Assembly (NCBI RefSeq): GCF_032444005.1
Contig: NC_091282.1
Span: 892,180,001-892,244,000, forward strand
DNA: 64,000 nt
Reading direction: 5' to 3'
Origin: Ranitomeya imitator
Lineage: Eukaryota
Position 1 is the first letter of the stretch. Each line of letters begins with the position of its first letter. Of this stretch, positions 1-12,040 are shown one piece after another. Under the pieces are notes generated by a model. It searched no databases and was not told the origin of the DNA. It was given only the letters and a program-made list of their open reading frames with translations. The position numbers and the translations under genes are program-made.

Positions 1-55
1 CTCTGTTTCCTTTTTGGCAGCTTTAATTAGTTTTTTAGATAAAGTATTTTTCTCC

Positions 56-1021
56 CTATAGTTTTTTTAGAGCTTCAATGGTGCCATCCTGCTTTAGTAG
101 TGCAAATGCTTTCTTTTTACTGTTAATTGCCTGTCTTACTTCTTTGTTTAGCCACATTGGGTTTTTCCTATTTCTAGTCCTTTTATTCCCATAAGGTATA
201 AACCGCTTACACTGCCTATTTAGGATGTTCTTAAACATTTCCCATTTATTATCTGTATTCTCATTTCTGAGGATATTGTCCCAGTCTACCAGATTAAGGG
301 CATCTCTAAGCTGTTCAAACTTTGCCTTCCTAAAGTTCAATGTTTTTGTGACTCCCTGACAAGTCCCCCTAGTGAAAGACAGGTGAAACTGCACAATATT
401 GTGGTCGCTATTTCCTAAATGCCCAACCACCTGCAGATTTGTTATTCTGTCAGGTCTATTAGATAGTATTAGGTCTAAAAGTGCTGCTCCTCTGGTTGGA
501 TTCTGCACCAATTGTGAAAGATAATTTTTCTTGGTTATTAGCAGAAACCTGTTGCCTTTATGCGTTTCACAGGTTTCTGTTTCCCAGTTAATATCCGGGT
601 AGTTAAAGTCCCCCATAACCAGGACCTCATTATGGGTTGCAGCTTCATCTATCTGCTTTAGAAGTAGACTTTCCATGCTTTCTGTTATATTTGGGGGTTT
701 GTAACAGACCCCAATGAGAATTTTGTTACCATTTTTCCCTCCATGAATTTCAACCCATATGGACTCGACATCCTCATTCCCTTCGCTAATATCCTCCCTT
801 AAAGTGGACTTTAGACAAGACTTTACATAGAGACAAACCCCTCCTCCTCTCCGATTTTTACGATCCTTTCTAAACAGACTGTAACCCTGTAAGTTAACTG
901 CCCAGTCATAGCTTTCATCTAACCATGTCTCGGTTATTCCCACTATGTCAAAGTTACCTGTAGATATTTCTGCTTCTAGTTCTTCCATCTTGTTTGTCAG
1001 GCTTCTGGCGTTTGCGAGCAT
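56..1021 (-). pseudogene. CR1 ORF2 N-terminal AP-like endonuclease domain, frameshifted
   Basis: NARS, GITETW, GDFN, LDLILS and SDH motifs. An extra A in the A-run at ~62-68 creates the stop; the shifted frame continues NYREKNTLSKKLIKAAKKETE. Confidence 0.92.
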
Positions 1022-1158
1022 GCAGTTTAGAGGATTTTGTTTTGTTCCAATCTCCTCACTGTGGATTGTTTTAGAAATGTTCTTACCTCCCTTCTGAGTA
1101 TGTTTTCCTGGGTCGTCTTTGTTCGAGTCTAATGTTTTTCTTCCCGTCCCCTCTTCTT

Positions 1159-1712
1159 CTAGTTTAACGCCCTCCTGATGAGTGTAGCGAGTCTTCTGGC
1201 GAATGTGTGTTTCCCAGGTTTGTTGAGGTGTAGTCCGTCTCTGGCGAGGAGTCCATCATACCAGTAATTCACACCGTGGTCCAGGAATCCAAATCCTTGT
1301 TGTCTGCACCATCGTCTTAGCCAGTTGTTTGCATCAAGGATCCTGTTCCATCTCCTGGTGCCATGCCCGTCTACTGGAAGGATAGAAGAAAAAACTACCT
1401 GTGCATCCAGTTCCTTTACTTTCTTCCCCAACTCTTCAAAGTCCTTGCAGATTGTCGGTAGGTCCTTCCTTGCCGTGTCATTGGTGCCAACATGTATCAG
1501 AAGAAATGGGTGGACGTCCTTGGAGCTGAAGAGCTTTGGTATCCTATCGGTCACATCCTTGATCATCGCACCTGGAAGGCAGCATACTTCTCTTGCAGTT
1601 ATGTCCGGTCTGCAGATGGCTGCTTCTGTGCCTCTCAGTAGTGAGTCTCCCACCACCACCACTCTTCGTTGCTTCTTGGCTGTACTTTTTGCTGTCACTT
1701 GTTGCTCAGCAT
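1159..1712 (-). CDS. CR1 ORF1 C-terminal SGNH/GDSL esterase domain (partial)
   Basis: VVVVGDSLLR, HVGTND and RDGLHL blocks; lies directly upstream of ORF2. Confidence 0.9.
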
Positions 1713-1924
1713 AATGCTCATCATGTGTATACAGACCTCTTATAATGCATCCCATGATCCTGTTTGCCTTGGCAGCCGCTGTCTATATGTGTGTGTGGTT
1801 AGTTATAGCACCTCACTTCTCTTATTTTCCCATCACGCCTCTCATTTTCCCAATCACATCTTTCATTTTCTGATCACTCCACTATTTTTCCTCACACCTC
1901 ATTTTCACCTCAGTATATACATGT

Positions 1925-1966
1925 TTGTCATCTCTCTTGTATACTATATATATCTGTATGTCATCT

Positions 1967-1999
<33 letters not shown>

Positions 2000-2170
2000 G
2001 TATGTCATCTCCCCTGTATATAGTATATACCTGCTGTCATCTCCCCTATATATAGTGTATATACCTGTAGGTCATCTGATCCTATATATATATATCTGTC
2101 ATCTCCTGTATATAGTATATACCTGTGTGTCATCTCCCCTGTATATAGTATATACGTGTGTCATCTCCTC
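1925..2170. repeat. (TA)n microsatellite plus ~29-bp minisatellite (gtcatctcccctgtatatagtatatacct)
   Basis: Tandem units visible directly; pure TA run at ~1969-1997. Confidence 0.85.
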
Positions 2171-2834
2171 CTGTTTTAGACCTCGTTCACACGTTATTTG
2201 CTCAGTATTTTTACCTCAGCATTTGTAAGCTAAATTGGCAGCCTGATAAATCCCCAGCCAACAGGAAGCCCTCCCCCTGGCAGTATATATTAGCTCACAT
2301 ACACATAATAGACAGGTCATGTGACTGACAGCTGGCGTATTTCCTATATGGTACAGTTGTTGCTCTTGTAGTTTGTCTGCTTATTAATCAGATTTTTATT
2401 TTTGAAGGCTAATACCAGACGTGTGTGTGTTTTAGGGCGAGTTTCGTTTGTCAAGTTGTGTGTTGAGTTGCGTGTGGCGACATGCATGTAGCGACTTGTG
2501 AGATGAGTTCTGTGTGGCAACATGCGTGTAGCAACTTTTTGTGTGGCGAGTTGCATGTGACAGGTTAGTGTAGCAAGTTGTGTGCAGCAAGTTTTGCGCG
2601 TGGCGAGTTTTGTGTGGTGCCTTTTGAGTATGTGCAAGTTTTGTGTGAGGCAACTTTTGCATGTGTTGCAACTTTTGTGCATGTGGCAATTTTTCCGCGT
2701 GTGCAAGTTTTGCATGAGGTGAGTTTTGCGTGTGGCGAGTTTTCCATGAGGTGAGTTTTGCACTTGTGGTGAGTTCTGCGCGTGGCGAGTTTTGAGTGGC
2801 GACTTTTATGTGGCGAGGTTGGTGTGTGACTGGG

Positions 2835-3531
2835 TGTACGGCAGAGCAAGAAGGGACAACAGGCCAAGGGATGATTCCACAGATTTATTATCAAGAACGC
2901 TGGAACAACACATGCAGGTAGATCTACAGAGTCCACAATTAGTCCAACGGAACAGGTTCGGGGGCACCTCCCGATAATCCTTGTGCCAGGTAACAAAGCA
3001 ATAGGCCACACGAGTCCAAGGGATCCCAAAAAAATCTCACGAACGACGAGATATGTCCTCAGCTCAAGTCTCGCCCCGTTTGCTTCCGCAGTCCCAGATG
3101 GGCGTGGGGTCTTGCCTCAGCTAAGAATCCCCATTCCTTCTTCAAGGAACAACTCACATCTGATCTCAAAATAAGAATGGATTGTCTGAGCTCCTGGGAT
3201 CCGCCCATGAAGGGGGGTAGGGGTCACACCTATTCAATGGTTGGGTCCACCAGAAGATTCTAGACTGGTGGGCTCCAAGTAGTCTATGCAGTATGTACGT
3301 TTGACTAGCCACCTGCTGTGAGGAAGAATGGCTATTCCTCCACTAGTGATGTTGACAAAGCTTAATTACATTATAGCTTAGAGCTGCAAGTATTGGGGGA
3401 AGGAGACCTATTGTTACAGGTGAACTCCCAGCACAAGAAAATACATAAATTACAGCTAATAGAAACCAGAGAACAGTTACATCAAATGGCATATTATTCA
3501 AATACAGGACAGGGCAAAAGTACATATGACA
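2835..3531 (-). mobile_element. Ty3/Gypsy 3' LTR (TG...CA) with upstream polypurine tract
   Basis: Minus strand reads GGGAGGGGAAGGGA (3533-3546), then TGTCATATG...AATAAA (2885-2890)...CCGTACA. Confidence 0.7.
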
Positions 3532-3622
3532 ATCCCTTCCCCTCCCAATTTGTGTACGTACTAGGGACCTCTACAGGTCGCTGGTTAAGTACACACAGGC
3601 AGAGCGTAACTTACATGTGGCT

Positions 3623-3930
3623 TCATGCAGCCACGAATTGCCATCGTAGCTCTCCCACATCATTGCCCAGGAGAACATCTGCAGGCAGACCACCCATCAC
3701 CCCAACCACACATCGCCTGACCCCAAAACCAAAGTTCAGATCCACAGTGGCTGTGGGAATACTCCTCCATTGTCCACCAGCCAGTTCAATGACAATCCCA
3801 GGTCCTCGATGGATTGCCTCAGGCCGAACCACTGGGGAATCAGCCAGTGTGAGGAAAGCCCCTGAGTCACAAAATCCAATAAGTCTCTGTCCATCCAGCA
3901 CGACCTCCTGCAAGTGCTTACCTCGATGAG
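3623..3930 (-). pseudogene. Gypsy aspartic protease remnant
   Basis: GFCDSGAFLTL active-site motif and VLLGND. Confidence 0.8.
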
Positions 3931-4295
3931 CAGAAGTGGTGTATTTGTGGTGAAATGTGTGCTGAGGGTAATATGTGTTCAAGCACGTGGTAGTGTGTGG
4001 CGCATTTTGTGTGTGTTTATATACCCGTGTGTGGTGAGTATTCCATGTCGGGGCCCCACCTTAGCAACTGTACGGTATATACTCTTTGGCGCCATCGCTC
4101 TCATTCTTTAAGTCCCCCTTGTTCACATCTGGCAGCTGTCAATTTGCCTCCTACACTTTTCCTTTCATTTTTTCCCATTATGTAGATAGGGGCAAAATTG
4201 TTTGGTGAATTGGAAAGCGCGGGGTTAAAATTTCACCTCACAACATAGCCTATGACGCTCTGGGGGTCCAGACGTGTGACTGTGCAAAATTTTGT

Positions 4296-4687
4296 TAATG
4301 ATAAATCAACGTGTGCACAACCTACAGTGGTGCATGGGTAGGTTCCCAAACCGTAATACCAAGCAAGTAAGAAACCCAGCACTCAACTTTGCGGTGAGAA
4401 GAAAATTGGGTAGTTTATTGTATCCCAAACAAAACATTTCGGTCACATACAAGACCTTCGTCAGTAGCAAATGTCGGGATAGAAGATGAATGCTTATTGG
4501 CTATACACGCTGCCGATGAAATAAAGGTACAGCGCTAATTCCAAATAGAAGATGTATCCTAGATCAGCCTTACAGATGGCCGGAACCGCGGTGGTCTTGT
4601 ATGTGACCGAAACGTTTTGTTTGGGATACAATAAACTACCCAATTTTCTTCTCACCGCAAAGTTGAGTGCTGGGTTTCTTACTTGCT
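4296..4687 (-). mobile_element. Truncated Penelope-like element insertion with an inverted partial pseudo-LTR
   Basis: 97-bp inverted repeat (4360-4456 / 4593-4689, one mismatch) containing GACCGAAA and AATAAA; flanked by a 15-bp direct repeat tgtgcaaaattttgt (4281-4295, 4688-4702). Confidence 0.7.
4422..4480 (-). ncRNA. Type I minimal hammerhead ribozyme motif
   Basis: Minus strand: ATCCCGACA-tttgcta-CTGACGA-A-GGTC-ttgtatgt-GACC-GAAA-TGTT-T-TGTTTGGGAT, giving core boxes, stem II and distal stem I pairing. Confidence 0.65.
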
Positions 4688-4911
4688 TGTGCAAAATTTT
4701 GTGGCTGTAGCTGCGACGCCTCCAACACTTTTCCTTTCACTTTTTCCCCATTATGTAGATAGGGGCAAAATTGTTTGGTGAATTGGAAAGCACGGGGTTA
4801 AAATTTCACCTCACAACATAGCCTATGACGCTCTCGGGGTCCAGACGTGTGACTGTGCAAAATTTTGTGGCTGTAGCTGCGACGGTGCAGATGCCAATCC
4901 CGGACAAACAT

Positions 4912-4963
<52 letters not shown>

Positions 4964-5124
4964 ATGTATTTTACCCCTGCGGTACCCCACTGGTCACAGC
5001 GACCCAGTTAGAAAGCAGAGGGTGGTTATAAGTGGTATATTCTCTCACTAAGCCAGTTACTTACCCATTTACACACATTTTTGCCCCAGCATTCTTTTTG
5101 TGTACCAAACTGTTGTGTGGCACA

Positions 5125-5495
5125 GGAGCAATTCCTCATAGACCCATGCTGATATGGAGTTAGTCATTCCCATTGAGATAATCCAGAAAAACATCCCTCA
5201 GAAACCCTTCAAATATTTTACCAACAATATAGGTTAGACTTACTGGCCTATAATTTCTAGGTTCACTTTTAGAGCCACTTTTGAATATTGGTACCACACT
5301 TGCTATACGCCAGTACTGTGGAACACACCCCGTCGCTATTGTCCCTAAATAATTTTTTTGTCTATTACATTACCTGGTACTCGTGTGCCATCCGGACCCA
5401 GAGATATATCGATTTTAATCTTGGTTTTGCACCTCTTCTTGGGTTGATTGGGGACCCTTAATATAAGGTTTTCTTTGTTTCTCAGCATTTCACCT
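5125..5495 (-). pseudogene. CR1 ORF2 reverse-transcriptase N-terminal fragment
   Basis: Translates to WRIASVVPIFKSGSKSEPRNYRPVSLTYIVGKIFEGFLRD...PYQHG. Confidence 0.85.
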
Positions 5496-5889
5496 AGTGC
5501 TGTACTGGCACCTTTTAGGGGCTCTGCAAATGCTTTGGGAAAAATGTGCCCCAAAAGCCAAGTGTTGCTGGCTTTATCACAATAGTCTATGGTCATTTTT
5601 ACCATGGCTCAGGAGGGAAAACAAAAGTATGAGTCTTGAACTTTTGAGCACAACTGTATACAGTGAGCTGCTGCTGTAACCATGTCCTGGAAATGACTGA
5701 CAGCTCAGCAGTGCATCAGTACAGTACTGGCTGTCAGTCAGTGACTGGGTGTAGTGCGTGGTTGCTGTAACTATGTATTGTGCTGTGACTGAAGCACCAC
5801 GTTTGAAGGCCACACGCGGCCAGCAGGAATAGTTGATTTCCTCCGGACAACTGGGTCTTCATTGACCGCACAGCTTCTGAACGCTATTA

Positions 5890-6229
5890 GGCTACGTGCC
5901 CACGTTGCGGATTCATGTACTGATTTTTCCGCACCGTTTTTGAGAAATCCGAAGGTTAAACGCACTGCGGATTACTTGCGTTTTTTGTGCAGATTTCACC
6001 TGCGGTTTTATACCTGCGGATTCCTATTGAGGAGCAAGTGTAAAACGCTGCGGAATCTGCACAAAGAATGTACATGCTGCAGAAAATACAACGCAGCGTT
6101 TCTGCGCTGTATTTTCCGCAACATGTCACTGCGGATTTTGGTTTTCCATAGGTTTACATGGTACTATACAACAATGAAAAAACTGCTGCAAATCTGCAGC
6201 GGCCAAATCCGCAACGTGTGCACAGACCC
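5890..6229. mobile_element. PIF/Harbinger-type MITE
   Basis: Imperfect TIRs ggctacgtgcccacgttgcgg / cgcaacgtgtgcacagaccc with TTA on both flanks. Confidence 0.7.
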
Positions 6230-7471
6230 TTACCCTGCAGATTAACACCATGCCTGAAGGTTAATGGTGTTTTATCGGTCGTCCATGACAGTACTAAGGA
6301 GAGAAGGGATCTGCCCTTCAGGAACCGGAAACCTGATACATAAGGGCGGCACCTCTCCCACGCATCAGTTGGTTTCCTGTTCCTGGAGGACAGGATGCCC
6401 TACAGATCATATCCGTATTTCATCTGATACCCAGGCTGGCTGTCCGACTCAGGTAGCAAGGGGGTCTCCTACCTCGGGCAGTGCAGATCCTTGGAGGTGC
6501 CACTGTGGGTCCGGGTAGGACTCCACATCAGTGAGCAGGGGAGCGGAGTCCAGAAGATGTCCGTCTCCAAGTGCCGGCAACGGTGAGTATTTCCCCCCCC
6601 CCCGGGGGTCTGCGCAATCTTCCTGGAGCCTCTGCGGCTCCTGCGTCCTGTCGGTCATCCTGCCAGGGGGCGTGGTGGGGTCGGCCGGCGGCGCCATGCA
6701 CGGGCTTCCCTGCACGTCCCTGTGCGCTCTTTCCGATACTGGAAGTGATGTGGCAGGGGGTGGGGCCTAAACCGGAAGTCGGACGCCGGCTTCTGCTGCA
6801 GACGCCGCTGTGCTGCGGCCATGTGCAGTGATGCCGGGGGCTGTGGGGAGACTGGCGGCCACACGGGGAGGGGGCGGTACCACTGGCCACACACCTGCTG
6901 ACAATCCGGATTCGGGGGAAGGGCTATATATAGCCGCACAGAAGGCTGCTGAGCTGCTAATGAGCCCATCTGCAGCAATGGATGAGTCAGAAGCTCCCGT
7001 CGGTCTGCTGGAGCAGGACAGAGCCTCGGAAAGGTCCCATGCTAACCCCCAGCCGAAGACCAGCGGACGCAGTGATCAGCCCAGTCGCAAGACTTTGTCT
7101 AGACTGAAGGATCCGGTACCTACCGCTGCTGCCTGGGTAAGAGATCTTCGTGAACGTGCCCTGATGCAGTCTTTTCCTATGTTTTTTTCCTTAGGGGAAA
7201 AAATGCGCTGGTAAAGCAAAGAATAAGGAGTGTGCACTATGTAGTCGCCCTTTGCCAGACGCCTACCCTAAAGACTGTCAGTCATGTGTGCGACGGACGA
7301 TAGGGAGTAAGAAAAAAAAAAATATATATATATATATAATCGGTAGTACTGGTTAAATTACATAGGGTTTTTTTTCCGCTCCTATAGGTGGCGGAATAAT
7401 CTGATTTTACTTCAGACCTTAGAGAAATTATCAGGAGAGAAGTAAAAGATTCCTTAAAAGAAGGGAGCCTA

Positions 7472-8335
7472 CCCGTGTTTCCCCGAAAGTAAGACCCTGT
7501 CTTACATTAATTTTACCCCAAAAAGTCCCACCCTGTCTTACTTTCGGGGGAGGTCTTACATTAGCCGAAAAAAAAATGACAATTTCTTTTTAACCAATAA
7601 ATCAACATTTATTAACATGCTGAAGAGTCGGTCATCACCAAACAGTAGAATAAAACAAATGTAGCGTATCAAGAATATCTTGTTACTACCGTACACACTA
7701 CGGTACGGTACTGTACGGTAATTGCCGTATACCCTCTGCCTGCATACCATAACAGTGCCGTATCCCACTGCACACAGCCCCATACCCCATAACAGTGCCG
7801 TATCCCACTGCACACAGCCCCATACCCTATACAGTACATGTTTCCCTACTTGGTTTTTAAATGCTGGACGTTTTCCTCTGCGGTGCGGCTGTGGGTGCGG
7901 AAGGCCTGTGCTGCAGGGAACGCTGTGCCAATCAGCAGGGAAACAGCGGTGACGTGGGGCTGGGGCGGCCAATTACAGCTCGAGCTGCTGGGCCAATCAG
8001 CACTCGAGCTGATTGGCCAATCAGCGCTCGAGCCGGGGGCCGGCGGTGACGTGGGGAGCAGGGGCGGCCAATGAGCTGTTGAGCTGGGCGGATTGCGGGG
8101 TTAACACGGCGAGTTAACCCCATGAGCACTGGACCCGCCCAGCTGCACCTGAGGACACCTCTGGAGCCTGGGGACCCAATGGGGGACAGCGGCGGCCCAA
8201 AGGTAAGGGCCTTACATTTCACAGCGGCCCCCCCAACCCTGCCTTACATTCGGGGGAGGCCTTACATTGGAGGACCCCCCCGAAACCCCCACCCTGTCTT
8301 ACTTTCGGGGGGGTCCTACTTTCGGGGAAACAGGG
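7472..8335. mobile_element. Tc1/mariner (Tc2/pogo-like) non-autonomous element inserted in DIRS gag
   Basis: TIRs ccgtgtttccccgaaagtaagac / gtcctactttcggggaaacaggg with a TA duplication; the flanks rejoin as gagccTAgcatc. Confidence 0.8.
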
Positions 8336-8642
8336 TAGCATCTCAGATTCGTCTACTGCCCCTAGGAAAGAAAATGATTCGGAAGCCTCCGTCTCCTCTG
8401 CATCCTCTTCAGAGGAGGATGCTAATCGATTCTGTTTCCCGCTAGATCAAATAGACTGGTTAAATCAGTCAGATCCACCATTGGGGGTGGCTGATGGAAA
8501 AACCAGGACTTTCGGCGCAAGACCTAATGTTCGGAGGTCTAGACCCAAGAAAACGCAAATCATTTCCACTTAATGACAGGGTTCAGAACCTTGTCAAGAG
8601 TGGAAAAAGCCAGAAAAAAAGGGCTCCTTACCACCGGCCTTT

Positions 8643-9350
8643 ATGCGGAGATATCCCTTTGACGACCCCTTAGTGAACACGTGGGATAAGGCACCAAAAT
8701 TAGACGCAGCGGTGGCTAAAGCTTCTAAGAAATTCTCTATTCCCTTCGATGACATGGCTTCCTTAAAAGATACTCTTGATAAGAAAGCAGATTCGTTTCT
8801 TAAAGGGATTTGGGAGATGTCGGCTGGTGCTCTAAGACCTGCAGTGGCTGCGACATGCGCAGCCAGATCCATGATGGTCTGGCTGGACCAACTAGGGTCT
8901 AATCTACAAGATGGAGCCTCTAGGGAATCCATATTAAAATCCCTACCGACTATCCAGAATGCCGCTGCTTTTCTCGCAGATGCATCCGCAGATTCTGCAA
9001 GGATGGCTGTAGGGTTATTGATTGCGGCACGCAGGGCTCTATGGCTGAAGTGTTGGCCCAGCGACATTCAGGCCAGGTCCCGTCTTTGCTCTATCCCGTG
9101 CGAAGGAGAATACCTGTTTGGTCCGGTTCTAGACGAACTACTAGAGAAGGCCGGTGGCGAGAAAAAGAAATTTCCCAGTCTACCGACCACTTCTTACAGG
9201 CGTCACTTCACAGGGAAAAGATTCTTTCGCAGAAGGCCAGCCAGGGATCAGGGCAGATGGGACAAGAAAAAGAAAAGGGGTACTGGATTCATGTTTGGAG
9301 GTGGGGGACGTCAGGAGCCATCCCGTGAGATCAAAAGGCCACCCCAATGA
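8643..9350 (+). CDS. DIRS1 ORF1 (gag-like) C-terminal part
   Basis: 235-aa ORF with WDKAPKLDAAVA, LKDTLDKKAD, RRALWLK and LFGPVLD, typical of vertebrate DIRS ORF1. A CxxC...CxxC remnant of the same ORF lies at ~7230-7290. Confidence 0.8.
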   Translation: MRRYPFDDPLVNTWDKAPKLDAAVAKASKKFSIPFDDMASLKDTLDKKADSFLKGIWEMSAGALRPAVAATCAARSMMVWLDQLGSNLQDGASRESILKSLPTIQNAAAFLADASADSARMAVGLLIAARRALWLKCWPSDIQARSRLCSIPCEGEYLFGPVLDELLEKAGGEKKKFPSLPTTSYRRHFTGKRFFRRRPARDQGRWDKKKKRGTGFMFGGGGRQEPSREIKRPPQ

Positions 9351-9576
9351 CTAGTAGTCTACCTCCCACTGGGTCGATATGCCTTCTACCCAGCCTGGTC
9401 CAATATATCCAGTAGCAATTGGATTTTGGGAATAATAGCTACGGGTCTTGGGCTAGAGTTCTCCTCTATCCCTCATAATTTCTTCAGGGTTATCCCACTC
9501 AGGTCCTCTGCAGCAGAACAGGTGGCCCTGGAAGTGGAAATTCACGACCTGCTCAGTAAGACAGTCCTATCAGAGG

Positions 9577-10354
9577 TGTTATAACCTGGTGGTTAGGAGC
9601 ACCCGACCTGATAGTTAAACTCATACAGGACAAGCTCTGGGATGTGGGAGCTCTGCTGACCGCAAGCCCTAATCCTATCGCACACACTAAAAATAGCCGT
9701 GGAGCGCTCCTGAAGCTCTCTAGGCGCCTCGTCACAGCCTAAGGACTAGCTAGCCCTAGAGATAGAAAATAAAGCCTGCCTTGCCTCAGAGAAATTCCCC
9801 AAAGGAATAGGCAGCCCCCCACATATAATGACTGTGAGTAAAGATGAAAGTCACAAACGCAGAAATGAAACAGGTTTCAGCAAAGGGAGGCCAGACTTAC
9901 TAAATAGACAGAGGATAGGAAAGGTAACTTTGCGGTCAGCACAAAGACCACGCAGAGGGCGCAAAAAGACCCTCCGCACCGACTCACGGTGCGGAGGGGC
10001 CACTCTGCATCCCAGAGCTTCCAGCTAGCAAGACAAAATCATGATAACCAGCTGGACAAGAAAACAGTGAACAAATAATGACTATCAGGAACTTAGCTTC
10101 TGCAGGAGAAGGCAGGTCACCAGAGAGATCCAGGAGCGAACTGAACCAATGCAAAAACATTGACAGCTGGCATGGAGTAACGATCTGAGAGGAGTTAAAT
10201 AGAGCAGCCAACCAAAGGATAAACCACGTCACCTGTGTAAGGAACCTCAGAAGCAGCAGCTTCACTCATAGCCACCAGAGGGAGCCCATAGACAGAACTC
10301 GCCGAAGTACCATTCACGACCACAGGAGGGAGTTTGACAACAGAATTCACAACA
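9577..10354 (-). mobile_element. Solo LTR (same family as 34825 and 51215, opposite orientation) interrupting DIRS RT
   Basis: TG...CA termini; 6-bp TSD cagagg/cagagc; RT frame rejoins as VLSE-VPEGERGRGFYSPLFL. Strand is relative to the other two copies. Confidence 0.88.
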
Positions 10355-12040
10355 CAGAGCTTCCGGAAGGAGAACGGGGTAGAGGATTCTACTCTCCTCT
10401 ATTCCTGATACGTAAACCAGACTGCTCCTTCAGAACTATTATCAACCTTAGGGCTCTTAACAATTTTCTGACGATACAACTGTTTAAAATGGAGACTGTT
10501 AACACCGCAATAAAACTACTGTTTAAAAACTGTTTTATGGTGGTGTTGGATTTAAAGGACACCTATTACCATATTCCAATTTATGCAGGACACCAAAGAT
10601 TCCTGAGGGTAGCGCTCCGGTTTGATGGGGTGGTCAGACATTTCCAGTATAGGGCTCTCCCCTTTGGTATATCGGTCGCCCCCCATGTATTTACTAAGGT
10701 TATGGCTGAGGTAATGGCCCACCTACATGAGTCTGACATTCTGATAATCCCCTTCCTGGACGATCTCATAGTGGGTAAAACAGAGGGGCACTGTTTAGAA
10801 CAACTACAAAAAGTAATGTCAGCCCTGGAGCATCTGGGATGGTTACTAAATGTCAAAAAGTCCCGGCTACAGCCCATGAAGGTGCAGCAATTTTTAGGCC
10901 TGACCTTGGCTTCCCAGGATCAGGAATGTCGTTTGCCTCACGAGAAAATAGATCGCCTGCACCTTCAAGTTCTTAACGCCTCTAAAAACCCCATGTCCCT
11001 TTGGAAAGCGATGTCTCTGTTAGGGTCTCTCTCTTCCTGCATTCCAGCGGTCCGATGGGCCCAGTATCATACAAGAATACTTCAGAGGGAGGTGTTGTTA
11101 CAACAAAATTTTGGGGGGGTCCCCTAGAGAGCCAGCTGACCTTGTCCGGAAACACTATTATATCCCTCGAATGGTGGCTAGACCGAAATAACCTATCCAC
11201 GGGGGTTCCCTGGGAATACAACGTAACCCGTATAATCACCACAGATGCTAGCCCTTCTGGTTGGGGGGCTCACATGGGTGAGATTATAATCCAGGGATTT
11301 TGGGACCAGCTTCAAACGGAAATGTCCTCTAATTTGAAGGAGTTAATGGCAGTGGAGCAGGCAGTTAAAAAACTCCTTGTCGGTCTGCAGGGCCACCACG
11401 TGCGGATATTCTCTGACAATCGGGTCACCGTGGCATATATCAATCATCAAGGCGGAACCCGTTCCAAATCCCTAATGAACGTGGCAGATAGTCTATTCCA
11501 GCTAGCAGAGCAGCACTTCCTCTCATTGACAGCTCTTCACATAAGAGGAATAGAAAACACTACGGCTGATTTCTTAAGCCGCAACACCTTGAGGCAGGGA
11601 GAATGGTCACTGAACGTCGCTATCTTCAACCTCATTGTGGAAAGGTGGGGTCAACCGGAGGTAGATCTTTTTGCCACAAAAGGAAACAGAAAAGTGACAA
11701 AATTCTGCTCTCTGAACCCCAGAGAAAATCCTCTCAGTAGACTCCCTCCTCATAGACTGGAACTTCAGGCTAGCTTACGCCTTTCCTCCCCTCTCTACTT
11801 CCTCTGGTGGTGAGGAAAATCAGGAAGGACAAAGCAAGAGTTATAGTAATAGTAATTACTAATAGTAGTTATAGTAATTGCCCCCTTCTGGCCCAGAAGG
11901 ACGTGGTTTTCATGCCTCAGGACCATGTCGATATCCGACCCATGGGTCTTACCAGACATCCCAGATCTCCTATCGCAGGGCCCAGTCTACCATCCTCGGG
12001 TGGTAGGCCTTCATCTGACGGCGTGGATTTTGAGCGGGTG
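10355..12040 (+). pseudogene. DIRS1 RT / RNase H / methyltransferase-like region, frameshifted
   Basis: LDLKDTYYH, LPFG, FLDD, TDASPSGWG, SDNRVT, ADFLSR and VDLFAT motifs across ORFs 10489-11127 and 11001-11813. Confidence 0.9.

Larger units (their letters stand above)
1..1712 (-). mobile_element. CR1-type LINE, 5'-truncated within ORF1 and running off the window start
   Basis: An SGNH-esterase ORF1 followed by an APE-endonuclease ORF2 on the same strand, the standard CR1 layout. Confidence 0.93.
1900..4960. mobile_element. Non-autonomous repeat, possibly Helitron/Helentron-like, hosting later insertions
   Basis: Minisatellite, a degenerate gtggcgagtttt array (2490-2825), and an end in cggaca(ca)n(ta)n. 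Sequence resumes after the Gypsy insert near 3938. Boundaries and superfamily are inferred. Confidence 0.4.

Noticed and set aside
6264-7214. Several overlapping GC-rich ORFs at the DIRS 5' end
   Set aside because: Stop-poor GC-rich leader of the DIRS element; only the decayed gag start is meaningful.
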